A model generated the notes under the pieces. The model saw only the letters and a program-made list of their open reading frames with translations, ran no database searches and had not been told where the DNA came from. Both the position numbers and the translations under genes were made by a program. Source: Candidatus Omnitrophota bacterium (lineage in GTDB: Bacteria > Omnitrophota > Gorgyraeia > Gygaellales > Profunditerraquicolaceae). Taken from it: a stretch of DNA of 63,646 nt. Shown piece after piece: positions 44,542 to 54,146 of this stretch. How positions within the stretch are numbered: position 1 is the first letter of the stretch; every line of letters starts with the position of its first letter. Where the stretch lies: NCBI GenBank assembly GCA_028715785.1, contig JAQURC010000008.1, positions 1 to 63,646 on the forward strand. The letters are read 5' to 3'.

Positions 44542-45534
44542 ATGGCAAAGATTTATTATGACAAAGACGCGGACTTGAATTTATTAAAGGATAAAACCAT
44601 AGCGATTATCGGTTATGGCATACAGGGCCGCGGCCAATCCTTATGTTTACGCGATTCAGGGGTCAGGGTGGTGGTTTCTGAAATGGAAGGCACCCCTAAT
44701 TTTGAACAGGCAAAGAAAGACGGGTTTACTCCGGTTAGCGCTTCCGAAGCGGCAAAAGCCGCCGACATTATCCAGATCCTTACCCAGGACCATGTGCAGG
44801 CCAAAGTTTATCAGGAAGCAATCAAACCGAATTTAAAAAAAGGCAAGGCGCTTTGTTTTTCCCATGGTTTTAATATCCGTTTTAAACAAATCAAGCCTCC
44901 GAAGAATGTCGACGTATTTATGGTCGCGCCCAAAGGCCCCGGGGCCTTGGTGAGAAAAATGTATGAGGAGGGCAAAGGGGTGCCGTCACTAATCGCGATC
45001 TATCAGGATGCCAGCGGCCAGGCAAAAAATTTAGCATTGGCTTATGCCAAAGCCATTAAGGCCACAACCGCCGGCGTAATTGAGACGACTTTTGATGAAG
45101 AAACCGAGACCGACCTTTTTGGCGAGCAGGCAGTGCTTTGCGGCGGAGTCAGCGAGCTGATTAAAGCCGGTTTTGATACTTTGATCGACGCCGGTTATCA
45201 GCCGGAGATCGCTTATTTTGAGGTTTTACACGAGCTAAAGTTGATCACCGACCTTATCCAGGAGCGCGGTATTTCGGGGATGCGCCGGGGGGTCTCTAAT
45301 ACCGCCTGTTACGGCGATTTGACCCGCGGGCCCAGGATCATCACGCAAAAAACGCGCAAGGAGATGCAAAAAATCCTTAAAGAAATTAAATCCGGTAAAT
45401 TCGCCAGGGAATGGATCAAGGAAAATGAGACCGGGCGCAAGAATTTTGACAGTTTGATCAAAGCCGGTGATGAGCATTTAATCGAAAAAGTGGGGAAGCA
45501 ATTAAGGGAAATGATGCCGTGGATGAAAAAATAA
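44542..45534 (+). CDS. ilvC: ketol-acid reductoisomerase
   Basis: Contains [13 protein letters not shown] and is 330 aa long (class I). Confidence 0.95.
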   Translation: MAKIYYDKDADLNLLKDKTIAIIGYGIQGRGQSLCLRDSGVRVVVSEMEGTPNFEQAKKDGFTPVSASEAAKAADIIQILTQDHVQAKVYQEAIKPNLKKGKALCFSHGFNIRFKQIKPPKNVDVFMVAPKGPGALVRKMYEEGKGVPSLIAIYQDASGQAKNLALAYAKAIKATTAGVIETTFDEETETDLFGEQAVLCGGVSELIKAGFDTLIDAGYQPEIAYFEVLHELKLITDLIQERGISGMRRGVSNTACYGDLTRGPRIITQKTRKEMQKILKEIKSGKFAREWIKENETGRKNFDSLIKAGDEHLIEKVGKQLREMMPWMKK

Positions 45535-47027
45535 TAATTTTTGATACAACTTTAAGGGACGGGGAGCAGGCGCCGGGGGCTTCTTTGAACCATAAGGAAA
45601 AGCTGGAGGTGGCCTGGGCGCTTGAGAACCTGGGAGTTGACGTTATTGAAGCGGGATTTCCTGTTTCTTCCAAGGGCGATTTTGCCGCGGTAGAGGCGGT
45701 AGCCAGAAGCATTAAGCTTCCGGTTATCTGCGGCCTTGCCCGGGCAATCAAAAAAGATATCGATGCGGCGGTAGAAGCAACTAAACCCGCCCGCCGGAGG
45801 CGGATCCATGTATTTTTAGCCACATCAAAAATACATATGCAATATAAGTTGAAAAAAGCCGAGGATGAAATTATCCGGCTGGCCGTAGAGTCGGTAAGTT
45901 ATGCCAAAAAATTTTGTCCCGATATCGAATTTTCTCCGGAGGATGCCTCGCGCACGGAAAAGGATTTTCTTTTTCAGGTGGTGGAAGCGGTAATCAAAGC
46001 CGGGGCGACTACCGTGAATATCCCGGATACGGTAGGTTATAGCGAGCCTGAAGAATACGGCAGGCTGATCCAGGCAATCAAGAATAATGTTCCCAATATC
46101 GATAAGGCGGTAATCTCGGTGCATTGCCATAATGATTTAGGCTTGGCAGTTGCCAATTCTTTGTCGGCGGTCAAGAACGGCGCCCGTCAGGTAGAATGCA
46201 CGGTTAACGGTATCGGAGAGCGCGCCGGAAACGCTTCGCTTGAAGAAATAGTGATGAGCGTCGATACGCGCAAAGACATCTATTCCGGCTTAAAAACCGG
46301 TATAAATAAAAAGAATATTTATAAGGCCAGCCGCCTGGTAAGCAAACTTACCGGTTTCCTCGTTGCTCCGAATAAAGCTATCGTCGGAGGCAACGCCTTC
46401 AGGCATGAATCCGGCATCCATCAGGACGGCGTGCTTAAGGAGCGTTCTACTTATGAGATCATCCGCGGGGAAGACGTGGGTTTTGTCGTTGAGGGAATGG
46501 TTTTGGGCAAGCATTCCGGCAGGCATGCTTTTAATGAAAGGTTGCTAAAATTAGGTTTCCATTTAAACAAGGAGCAGGTGGATGAGGCCTTTGGCCGCTT
46601 TAAAGATTTGTCCGACAAGAAAAAAGATATTTTTGATGAGGACCTCCGGGCGATTGTCGAAGATGAAATCCGGGTAGCCAAGCCTGCCTGGAAGCTGGAT
46701 AGTTTTGAAATTAACTCCGGCACTAAGATTAAACCTTGCGCTCGGGTTGTCTTGATTAAAGGCGGTAAAGAAATATCCGGAGTTTCTTCCGGTGACGGCC
46801 CGGTGGATGCCTGCTTTAAGGCCATTGATAAGATCACCGGCTATAAAGCAAAATTAGAAGATTTTCGCCTGGAGGCACTTACCTCCGGCAAGGATGCCTT
46901 GGGCCAGGTGACCCTTAGGTTAAAAGCCAAAGATTCTATTATCAGCGGGCGCGGCTTTAGCACGGATATTATCGAAGCGGCGGTCAAGGCATACATTGAT
47001 GCCGCCAACAAATTAGAAAACAAATGA
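45519..47027 (+). CDS. leuA: 2-isopropylmalate synthase
   Basis: Contains [10 protein letters not shown] and HCHNDLGLA, with a C-terminal LeuA dimerisation/regulatory domain. Confidence 0.9.
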   Translation: MDEKIIIFDTTLRDGEQAPGASLNHKEKLEVAWALENLGVDVIEAGFPVSSKGDFAAVEAVARSIKLPVICGLARAIKKDIDAAVEATKPARRRRIHVFLATSKIHMQYKLKKAEDEIIRLAVESVSYAKKFCPDIEFSPEDASRTEKDFLFQVVEAVIKAGATTVNIPDTVGYSEPEEYGRLIQAIKNNVPNIDKAVISVHCHNDLGLAVANSLSAVKNGARQVECTVNGIGERAGNASLEEIVMSVDTRKDIYSGLKTGINKKNIYKASRLVSKLTGFLVAPNKAIVGGNAFRHESGIHQDGVLKERSTYEIIRGEDVGFVVEGMVLGKHSGRHAFNERLLKLGFHLNKEQVDEAFGRFKDLSDKKKDIFDEDLRAIVEDEIRVAKPAWKLDSFEINSGTKIKPCARVVLIKGGKEISGVSSGDGPVDACFKAIDKITGYKAKLEDFRLEALTSGKDALGQVTLRLKAKDSIISGRGFSTDIIEAAVKAYIDAANKLENK

Positions 47028-47866
47028 CCTTAAAACCGAAAGTTTACGGTTTAGTAGGTTTTCCCGTAAAACACAGCCTTTCTCCCCGTATGCACAATGC
47101 CGCGTTTTCTAAATTAAAAATAAACGCCAAATATAAGTTATTTGAATTAAAGCCCGAAGAATTAGGCCATTTCTTAAGCAATCTAAAGAAAAAAAATATC
47201 CGGGGTTTTAATGTTACTCACCCTTATAAAGAAGAGATCCTTGGTTTTTTAGACAGCAGGTCTTCGGGCGTAAAAGAGATTGGCGCGGCTAATACCGTAG
47301 TGGTGGATAGAAACAATAAGCTAAAAGGCTTTAACACCGATTCTCTTGGTTTTGCCGCGCACCTTAAAGAGTTAAAGGTTAAGCCCAGGAAGGCAGCGGT
47401 AATCGGGGCGGGGGGAGCCTCCAAAGCGGTTTGTTTTGCCTTAGCCAGGATGAAAATCGAGGAGCTCTGTATTTATGATATCGACAAGTTCAAGAGTTTG
47501 AGCCTTTTTAAAAAATTAAATTCTGCTTTTCCGGCAGCTAAATTCAACGTTGCCACGCGTATCGAAGATTTGGAAATAGCAAACAAAGACCTTTTAATTA
47601 ATGCTTCTCCGGTAGGGATGCGTCCGGCTGATCCCTGCTTGGTTGGCTATCAAGATTTGCACCAAGGTCTATTTGTTTATGACCTGATCTATAGCCCCCT
47701 TGAAACCAAATTAATTTCTTTGGCTAAAGAGCTTAATTTAAATTTTTCCAACGGTTTAGGCATGCTTTTATACCAGGGTGTTTTTGCTTTCCAGTATTTC
47801 AGCGGCAAAAAGGCCCCCGTTAAAACGATGCAAGAGGCGCTTTTGAAAGGAGTAAAGAAATTATGA
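47024..47866 (+). CDS. aroE: shikimate dehydrogenase
   Basis: Contains GFPVKHSLSPRMHN and GAGGASKA. Confidence 0.85.
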   Translation: MTLKPKVYGLVGFPVKHSLSPRMHNAAFSKLKINAKYKLFELKPEELGHFLSNLKKKNIRGFNVTHPYKEEILGFLDSRSSGVKEIGAANTVVVDRNNKLKGFNTDSLGFAAHLKELKVKPRKAAVIGAGGASKAVCFALARMKIEELCIYDIDKFKSLSLFKKLNSAFPAAKFNVATRIEDLEIANKDLLINASPVGMRPADPCLVGYQDLHQGLFVYDLIYSPLETKLISLAKELNLNFSNGLGMLLYQGVFAFQYFSGKKAPVKTMQEALLKGVKKL

Positions 47867-48675
47867 TTGCCAGAATAATCGTTTTTATTTTTGGTTCTAT
47901 CGTCGGAAGTTTTTTGAACGTTTGTATCTATCGCATGCCGAAAAGCGAATCCGTGGTTTGGCCGCGTTCGCATTGCCCGAAATGCCGCAAGAGGATACCC
48001 GGTTATGATAATATCCCTTTTGTAAGCTTTATATTGCTTGGAGGAAGGTGCCGTTTCTGCAAAGAGAAGATTTCCTGGCGCTATCCCCTGGTTGAATTGT
48101 TAACCGCTTTTCTGATGGTGGCGCTGTTTAACCGTTTTGGCTTAAGTTATAATTTCTTTTTGTTTATGGTCATGCTCTGGGGTTTGATTATTGCCACTTT
48201 CGTGGATATTCCCCACCGGATCATTCCCGATGAAGTATCGGTAGGGGGCATGATTATCGGTTTTATCATGGTTTCCATAACCGGTTTTACCTTTGGGCCG
48301 CTTAATTTTTCTTTTATCCCCATGTTGCGTTCCTTCTTAGGCATAATCCTGGGTGGAGGAATTATCTATCTGACCGGCGCTATTTTTGACCTGGTTTATT
48401 TTAAACTGTTTAAGCGCCCGGCCATCGGCGGAGAAACCGAATCGATGGGCGGCGGGGATGTAAAACTCCTGGCGATGATCGGCTCGTTTATGGGCTGGAA
48501 AATGGCTTTGCTTACATTTTTTTTAGCCCCGTTTTTAGGGATAGTTTTTGGTATCGTAACGCTGGTTACCAAAAAAGACCATACTATACCGTACGGCCCG
48601 TTTCTTTCGGCAGCGGCTTTGTTGTCTTTATTTTGGGGAAACAGGATAATCCAGCTAATCCTGCCGGTAAGATAA
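47863..48675 (+). CDS. pilD: prepilin peptidase (A24 family)
   Basis: Has a CPKC...CRFC zinc knuckle, the GGGDVKL aspartyl motif and multiple TM segments. Confidence 0.85.
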   Translation: MIARIIVFIFGSIVGSFLNVCIYRMPKSESVVWPRSHCPKCRKRIPGYDNIPFVSFILLGGRCRFCKEKISWRYPLVELLTAFLMVALFNRFGLSYNFFLFMVMLWGLIIATFVDIPHRIIPDEVSVGGMIIGFIMVSITGFTFGPLNFSFIPMLRSFLGIILGGGIIYLTGAIFDLVYFKLFKRPAIGGETESMGGGDVKLLAMIGSFMGWKMALLTFFLAPFLGIVFGIVTLVTKKDHTIPYGPFLSAAALLSLFWGNRIIQLILPVR

Positions 48676-48682
48676 TTTAAAT

Positions 48683-50488
48683 ATGCCTGAATTAAACCTT
48701 TCCGATTATCTCTCTAAGAGCATATCCAAAGATAGTTGGAAGAATGCCGGTTTTAAAAAGCGCGCCGGAGTTTTGATCCCGTTATTCAGCGTGTATTCGA
48801 AAGATAGTTTTGGTATCGGGGACCTGAATGACTTAAAGCTTGTTGTCGATTGGGCAAAGTTGACCTCTAATTCAATTGTCCAGTTGCTGCCGATGAACGA
48901 AGTCGGAGCGTTGTTTTGCCCTTATGATGCCTTGAGTTCTTTCGCGCTTGAGCCCGCCTATATTTCTCTAAAAGATTTCCGTAAATTAAAAGATAAAAAA
49001 TTTAATCAAGTTTCAGACGACCCCGGCCATATTGATTACGCGGTAAAGGAAGAAAAGTTGCGGCTGCTCTGGGATGTTTATTTGGCGCAGGACTTAAGCC
49101 AGGCGTTGGATTTTGAAGAATTCCAGCGCAAAAATTTTTACTGGTTGGCGGATTTTGCGCTTTTTAAAGTGCTCAAAGAGCATCATCAGGGCAAGCCCTG
49201 GTATGAGTGGGAGCAGGGTTTTAAATACCGCCAGCCGGAGGCGTTAGAAGAATTCCGGCAGGATAATATCGAGAAAATAACTTTTCAGATGTGGCTGCAA
49301 TGGATCCTTTTTAAGCAGTTTAAATCCTCCAGCGCCTATGCCGCCGGGAATAATATTCTTATCAAAGGCGATTTACCGGTTTTGGTTTCCCGGGACAGCG
49401 CGGATGTCTGGAGCCATTTGGAATTTTTCAAGCTGGATTTTGCCGCAGGCGCGCCTGCGGATATGTATGCTGCCCGGGGCCAGCGCTGGGGGATGCCTAC
49501 TTATAATTGGGAAAATATCGCCAAAGACGGTTACCGTTATATCAAAGAAAAATTAAAATACGCCGCAGAGTTCTATAATATCCTGCGCATTGACCATGTC
49601 GTCGGGCTTTTCCGTATCTGGAGCATTCCTTATCATGCCCCCGAGGCCAATCAGGGGTTAAACGGCGTTTTTGATCCGCTTGATGAGCATCTTTGGAACC
49701 AGCATGGCCGCAAGATTCTAAGTATTTTAATTGAAAATACCAGGATGCTGCTTTGCGCGGAGGATTTAGGCGTAATTCCCAAATGCTGCACGGATACGTT
49801 GCTGGAATTCGGAATACCCGGAAATGATGTGCAGCGCTGGGTAAAAGATTGGAATATCCGTCATGATTTTCTCCTGCCGCAGGAGTACCGGCAGCTGGCA
49901 GTGGCGATGCTTTCGACGCATGATACCACTAATTGGAAGGCCTGGTGGCAGTATGAGGCAGGCACGGTTGATGAGGCTTTGTTTAGGCGCAAGTGCAATG
50001 ACCACAAAATTGATTTTACCAAAGTCAGCTTGAAACTTTTTGATCCGGGCCTTTCCCTGCATGGGCGCCTGCGCTGGAAGAAAGAGATTTATACTATAGA
50101 TAAACTGCTTTGGGAGCTGGGTAAACATAAGGAAGAGGTAAAGGATCTTATCGATCTTTACGAAAATACCTATGGAGAGAAAGAAAAACTTTGGAAGATA
50201 CTGGGCTGTTCCGGCGCGATGACCGAGGCTGCCAGCGACGACCTGTTGGCTAAAATAATCCAGTTTATCTTAAACTCCCGGGCAATTTTCTGTATTAATT
50301 CAATACGTGATTATTTGAGTTTAGCCGGAATATTTAAAGGCGATCCCTATCAGTATCGGGTAAATGTTCCGGGGACAATCAGCCCGAAAAACTGGTCGCT
50401 TAGGCTTCCGCTTAGCCTTGAGGAGTTGCTGGCTCATCCGCTGAATAAACAGATCCGCAAGATGATTTCTGATTCCGGGAGAATTTAA
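48683..50488 (+). CDS. malQ: 4-alpha-glucanotransferase (GH77 amylomaltase)
   Basis: Contains RAGVLIPLFSV...FGIGD, RIDHVVGLFRIW and AEDLG. Confidence 0.85.
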   Translation: MPELNLSDYLSKSISKDSWKNAGFKKRAGVLIPLFSVYSKDSFGIGDLNDLKLVVDWAKLTSNSIVQLLPMNEVGALFCPYDALSSFALEPAYISLKDFRKLKDKKFNQVSDDPGHIDYAVKEEKLRLLWDVYLAQDLSQALDFEEFQRKNFYWLADFALFKVLKEHHQGKPWYEWEQGFKYRQPEALEEFRQDNIEKITFQMWLQWILFKQFKSSSAYAAGNNILIKGDLPVLVSRDSADVWSHLEFFKLDFAAGAPADMYAARGQRWGMPTYNWENIAKDGYRYIKEKLKYAAEFYNILRIDHVVGLFRIWSIPYHAPEANQGLNGVFDPLDEHLWNQHGRKILSILIENTRMLLCAEDLGVIPKCCTDTLLEFGIPGNDVQRWVKDWNIRHDFLLPQEYRQLAVAMLSTHDTTNWKAWWQYEAGTVDEALFRRKCNDHKIDFTKVSLKLFDPGLSLHGRLRWKKEIYTIDKLLWELGKHKEEVKDLIDLYENTYGEKEKLWKILGCSGAMTEAASDDLLAKIIQFILNSRAIFCINSIRDYLSLAGIFKGDPYQYRVNVPGTISPKNWSLRLPLSLEELLAHPLNKQIRKMISDSGRI

Positions 50489-50704
50489 CAAATACGTAAT
50501 TTTTCTCGCTCAAGCCGATTTTTTAACGCCAATGATCTTTCGCATTTCGGTGGCTGCAGAACTCGCGGTTTTTGTTTTAACAAAAACCGCTCAAACAGCT
50601 TCGCCATCTCCGTTTTGTCGCTAGCGCTCCACGGAGATTCCCTCAATGCTCAAGCTCCATTGGCTAAAATCGGCATTCGCTGCGAAAAACTACGTATTTG
50701 TTAA
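50485..50704 (+). repeat. family A structured repeat, copy 2
   Basis: Terminal arms TTAACAAATACGTA and TACGTATTTGTTAA pair. Internal hairpins are GCGGTTTTTGT..ACAAAAACCGC and ATCTCCGT..ACGGAGAT. The left arm overlaps the malQ stop codon. Confidence 0.9.
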
Positions 50705-50719
50705 CTACTAAGAAAATAC

Positions 50720-51610
50720 ATGGGAACATTGCAAGGGGTAAAATATTATATTTCTAAAAGCATGGGCAAGGCGATCATGGATTACCAGATGATTGCTGAG
50801 GGCGATAAAATCGCGGTTGCTGTTTCCGGCGGCAAGGACAGCCTGACCCTGCTTAAGTTCCTAAAGGACAGGCAGAAATTCGTGCCGGTTAAATATGAAC
50901 TCTTGGCGGTCCACGTGGATATGGGGTATCCCTGCCATCACCCGAAAATCCTCGGCGAATATTTCAAAAAGATCGGGGTAGAATATCATATCGAGAAAAT
51001 AGATATATTAAAGGGCAAGAGCCGCAAGGATATATCCTGCGGCGTAGAGCATAGGAAGGATTCTTTTCCGCCACAGGAAGGGGGTGCGGGGGAGATTGTC
51101 TCCCGCGATCGGGGGGTGCTCAGCGAACGGAGTGAGCGCCGAAGGGGGGCTTGCCCCCCTAGCGGAAGAAATTTGGCAGTTACTCTTGATCCGCGAAGCC
51201 AAATTTCTTGTTTCTGGTGCTCCTGGAACCGGCGCAAGGCGCTTTTTGAGGTGACCAAACGTTTTGCCTGCACCAAGCTTGCTTTGGGCCACCATAAGGA
51301 TGATATTATCGAGACTACCCTGATGAATATGTTTTTTAACGGCGAGATCTCGTCAATGAACCCCAGGCAGGAGCTTTTTAAGGGGGCAATAACCATTATT
51401 CGTCCGCTGGCTTATGTGGATGAGGATCTAATCGTAAAGTCGGCCAAGGAGCTGGAGTTTCCGCATCATAAATGCACTTGTCCGAATTCCGTTACTTCCA
51501 AACGTACCAGGATCACCGAAATGATCAAAGAGTTGAAAAAGGATTGCCCGGATATAAAGACCAATATTTTTAGAAGCATAAAGAGGATAAGGCCGGAGTA
51601 TTTACTTTAA
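50720..51610 (+). CDS. ttcA: TtcA-like PP-loop tRNA 2-thiolation ATPase carrying a ~57-aa in-frame insertion inside its CxxC motif
   Basis: Contains the VAVSGGKDS PP-loop, LALGHHKDD and a third Cys region HHKCTCPN. The expected C-x-x-C is read as ISC[57 aa]...ISCFWC. Confidence 0.75.
   Translation: MGTLQGVKYYISKSMGKAIMDYQMIAEGDKIAVAVSGGKDSLTLLKFLKDRQKFVPVKYELLAVHVDMGYPCHHPKILGEYFKKIGVEYHIEKIDILKGKSRKDISCGVEHRKDSFPPQEGGAGEIVSRDRGVLSERSERRRGACPPSGRNLAVTLDPRSQISCFWCSWNRRKALFEVTKRFACTKLALGHHKDDIIETTLMNMFFNGEISSMNPRQELFKGAITIIRPLAYVDEDLIVKSAKELEFPHHKCTCPNSVTSKRTRITEMIKELKKDCPDIKTNIFRSIKRIRPEYLL
51041..51211 (+). repeat. structured GC-rich element inserted in frame in ttcA
   Basis: Hairpins GCGGGGGAGAttgTCTCCCGC, GGTGCTCA..TGAGCGCC, GGGGGGCttGCCCCCC and AAATTTGGC..GCCAAATTT. 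It is flanked by ATATCCTGC and ATTTCTTGT, both of which encode Ile-Ser-Cys. Confidence 0.8.
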
Positions 51611-51642
51611 GAATAGTATTTCCGGTGCTATACTGATAAATT

Positions 51643-52572
51643 ATGGAATGGTTTGCGGTTTTATTATTTTTGGTTATTGGTGTTTTGGTCATCGGGATAG
51701 TCCTTAAGATATCCTCCCAGGTCAATGAGCGCCTGAATCAGATGAACCATTCCCTGCAGGAGGCCAATAAGATTATCGGGGCAAATTTGGGCAGCGCGAC
51801 TTCGGCTTTCGGCAACGTAAGGGAACAGCTGGGAAAATTAGAGGAGACCAATAAGCAGATTATCGCTATCAGCCGTGATATTTCCAGCCTCCAGGAACTC
51901 CTGCGCGCCCCCAAATTCCGCGGCGCCATGGGGGAGAGTTTCCTGGAGAATTTACTTGCCCAGGTTTTACCCAAAGAACATTACCAGTCCCAATACCGTT
52001 TTAAAAATTCCGACACAGTTGACGCGGTTATCCGGCTTGGAGAGCGGTTAGTTCCGGTTGACGCTAAATTCAGCCTGGAGAATTTCCAGAAGATGATCGA
52101 GGCTATCGATGAACCGGCCAAAGAATCATTCCGTAAAAAATTCATCCAGGACATCAAAAACCGGATCAACGAAATCGCGGCAAAATATATTTTGCCCGAT
52201 GAAAATACTTATGATTTTGCCTTAATGTATATCCCGGCTGAAAACGTTTACTATGAAGTAATCATTAAAGAAGATATATTCGCTTACAGTATGTCCAAAA
52301 AGGTTATCCCGGTTTCTCCCAACACATTTTACGCCTATCTACAGGTAATCTGTTTAGGTTTACGCGGCTTAAAAGTTGAAGAGAACGCCAAGTTGATCCT
52401 AAAAAGCTTAAGCTCTCTTTCCATTGAAACGGATAAATTCAAAGAAGATTTCAATACTTTGGGCAGCCATCTGGTCAATGCCAATACTAAGTATAGCGAC
52501 GCGCAGAAGCGCCTGGAGAAGATATCCGAACGCCTGGTCAATATCCAGGACACCAAGCAGATTGAACATTAA
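51643..52572 (+). CDS. rmuC: DNA recombination protein RmuC (short form with N-terminal TM helix)
   Basis: Contains VDAVIRLGERLVPVDAKF and LMYIPAENVYYE, typical of the RmuC nuclease core. Confidence 0.8.
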   Translation: MEWFAVLLFLVIGVLVIGIVLKISSQVNERLNQMNHSLQEANKIIGANLGSATSAFGNVREQLGKLEETNKQIIAISRDISSLQELLRAPKFRGAMGESFLENLLAQVLPKEHYQSQYRFKNSDTVDAVIRLGERLVPVDAKFSLENFQKMIEAIDEPAKESFRKKFIQDIKNRINEIAAKYILPDENTYDFALMYIPAENVYYEVIIKEDIFAYSMSKKVIPVSPNTFYAYLQVICLGLRGLKVEENAKLILKSLSSLSIETDKFKEDFNTLGSHLVNANTKYSDAQKRLEKISERLVNIQDTKQIEH

Positions 52573-52585
52573 ATAAATTTAACCG

Positions 52586-52810
52586 ATGATCTTTAATATC
52601 CGCGTTTGCCCCCGGGCCAGCCGCAATCATATTGAACAAAAAGGCAGTGTTTTAAAGGTTCATCTGACCAGGCCTGCTTGTGACGGCCAGGCTAATGGCC
52701 AGCTGATTGATTTGCTGAGCGAGTATTTTAAAATAAAGAAATACCAGCTCAGGATTAAAAGCGGCAAAAAATCGCGCGATAAACTGGTGGAGATAGATGC
52801 CTCCTTATAA
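52586..52810 (+). CDS. DUF167 (YggU) family protein
   Basis: 74 aa, matching the pattern V.PRASRN.I......LKV.L..P..DG.AN..L...L. It lies upstream of a YfiH-like gene, as in many bacteria. Confidence 0.7.
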   Translation: MIFNIRVCPRASRNHIEQKGSVLKVHLTRPACDGQANGQLIDLLSEYFKIKKYQLRIKSGKKSRDKLVEIDASL

Positions 52811-53528
52811 CCCATTACAAAAATTCGGGTTAAATTCGGTAACCGCGGCTTTTAGCAGAAAGCAGGACGGGAATATGTCTTTATGCTATGGGGATGTCCC
52901 CGGTTCCCCGGAGAACCGTAAAAAATTTCTTGCTGCCATAGGCATCGATTACCGTGATTTGATCTGCGCTAAACAGGTGCACGGTAAAAATATTGAATAT
53001 GTAACCGAAGAAAATAAAGGCAGAGGGGCTTTGGATTACGATAGTTCTTTTACCGATACGGATGGTTTTGTTACCGACAAAAAGGGCCTGCCTATTGCGA
53101 TATTAACCGCGGACTGCCTGTCGGTTTTTATCTATGATCCGCTGCGCCCTGCGGTTGCGATCTTGCACGCGGGTTGGCGCGGCACCGAAAAGAATATCTG
53201 CGCCGAAGGTATCCGGGTGATGCGGGAGAGGTTTGGCAGCCGGCCGCAAAGTTTGCTTGCCGGGTTTGGCCCGTCGATCCGTTCCTGCTGTTTTGAAGTA
53301 GAGAAGGACTTTAAAAGTAATTTTCCCTTTGGGCTGATTGAGCGAAGCGGCCGTATTTTTATGGATATTGCTTTAATCAACCGGAGGCAATTAGCCGGCT
53401 GCGGGGTTAAAGAAGAAAATATTTTTGATCCCAAAGTTTGTACTTTCTCCGATAATGATAATTACTTTTCTTTTCGTAAAGAGGCCAAAAACGCCGGACG
53501 TTTGATTTCAGTAATTATGCTCAAATGA
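52797..53528 (+). CDS. pgeF: YfiH/PgeF family (DUF152) purine nucleoside phosphorylase / peptidoglycan editing factor
   Basis: Contains LTADCLSV, HAGWRG and CCFEV. Confidence 0.85.
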   Translation: MPPYNPLQKFGLNSVTAAFSRKQDGNMSLCYGDVPGSPENRKKFLAAIGIDYRDLICAKQVHGKNIEYVTEENKGRGALDYDSSFTDTDGFVTDKKGLPIAILTADCLSVFIYDPLRPAVAILHAGWRGTEKNICAEGIRVMRERFGSRPQSLLAGFGPSIRSCCFEVEKDFKSNFPFGLIERSGRIFMDIALINRRQLAGCGVKEENIFDPKVCTFSDNDNYFSFRKEAKNAGRLISVIMLK

Positions 53529-53764
53529 TAACCAGATACGCGCTGGAGTTTATTTTACACGCCAAGGACAGCTCGCCGAAAATTATCAAAAACGCGTTGG
53601 CGGAGTTTGGCCATGATCTGGTAGTCAGCGAAGCCGCGGAGCAGAAGGAGAGTTGTAATTATAAGGTTAATATGGTTACCGAAGACCCGGCTTTGGTTTT
53701 TGACCTTTGTTCGCAGTTAGGCAGGATCAGGTCAGTGAAAGTGAATGAGGGTATGGTAGGATAA
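53525..53764 (+). CDS. hypothetical small protein (79 aa)
   Basis: The ORF is start-overlapped with pgeF and followed by a strong hairpin. No motif recognised. Confidence 0.5.
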   Translation: MITRYALEFILHAKDSSPKIIKNALAEFGHDLVVSEAAEQKESCNYKVNMVTEDPALVFDLCSQLGRIRSVKVNEGMVG

Positions 53765-53815
53765 AGGGGACGGTTCTCTTTTAAAAAATAAATAAAAAGA
53801 GAACCGTCCCCTTTA
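53763..53815 (+). terminator. GGGGACGGTTCTC hairpin with trailing T-rich tract (probable intrinsic terminator)
   Basis: AAAGGGGACGGTTCTCTTTT ... AAAAGAGAACCGTCCCCTTTATTT lies immediately after the 79-aa ORF. Confidence 0.65.
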
Positions 53816-53819
53816 TTTA

Positions 53820-53828
53820 TGATATAAT
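53820..53828 (+). promoter_or_regulatory. extended -10 element (TGATATAAT) 6 nt upstream of the cutA ATG
   Basis: TGnTATAAT ends at 53828 and the ATG is at 53835. No SD lies between them. Confidence 0.4.
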
Positions 53829-53834
53829 CATTTT

Positions 53835-54146
53835 ATGTACATTGTTATTTTGGTTACCGCAAGCAATAAAAAAGAAGGCCAACTTATTGCCGCTGCCCTG
53901 GTTAAGGCAAAGTTAGCCGCCTGTGTCAATATTATCGATAAAGTCGATTCCCTGTTTTTTTGGGAATCCAAAATAGACCGGGCTAAAGAATCCCTGCTGG
54001 TTATTAAATCCAAGAAAGAAAAATTACCCCGGATCATTAAATTAGTCAAGTCTATGCATAGCTATAAGGTACCGGAGATTATCGCCCTTCCGGTAATTTC
54101 CGGCGATAAGCCGTATTTAAGGTGGATCGATGCATCCCTTAGGTAG
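53835..54146 (+). CDS. cutA: divalent-cation tolerance protein CutA
   Basis: 103 aa, containing AACVNII and YKVPEIIALP. Confidence 0.85.
   Translation: MYIVILVTASNKKEGQLIAAALVKAKLAACVNIIDKVDSLFFWESKIDRAKESLLVIKSKKEKLPRIIKLVKSMHSYKVPEIIALPVISGDKPYLRWIDASLR

Noticed and set aside
51041-51211. The ttcA insertion as a mini-intein.
   Set aside because: At 57 aa it is far below the roughly 130-aa minimum for mini-inteins. It lacks the terminal His-Asn and the splicing blocks. Its nucleotide sequence is a set of hairpins, which points to a DNA/RNA element.
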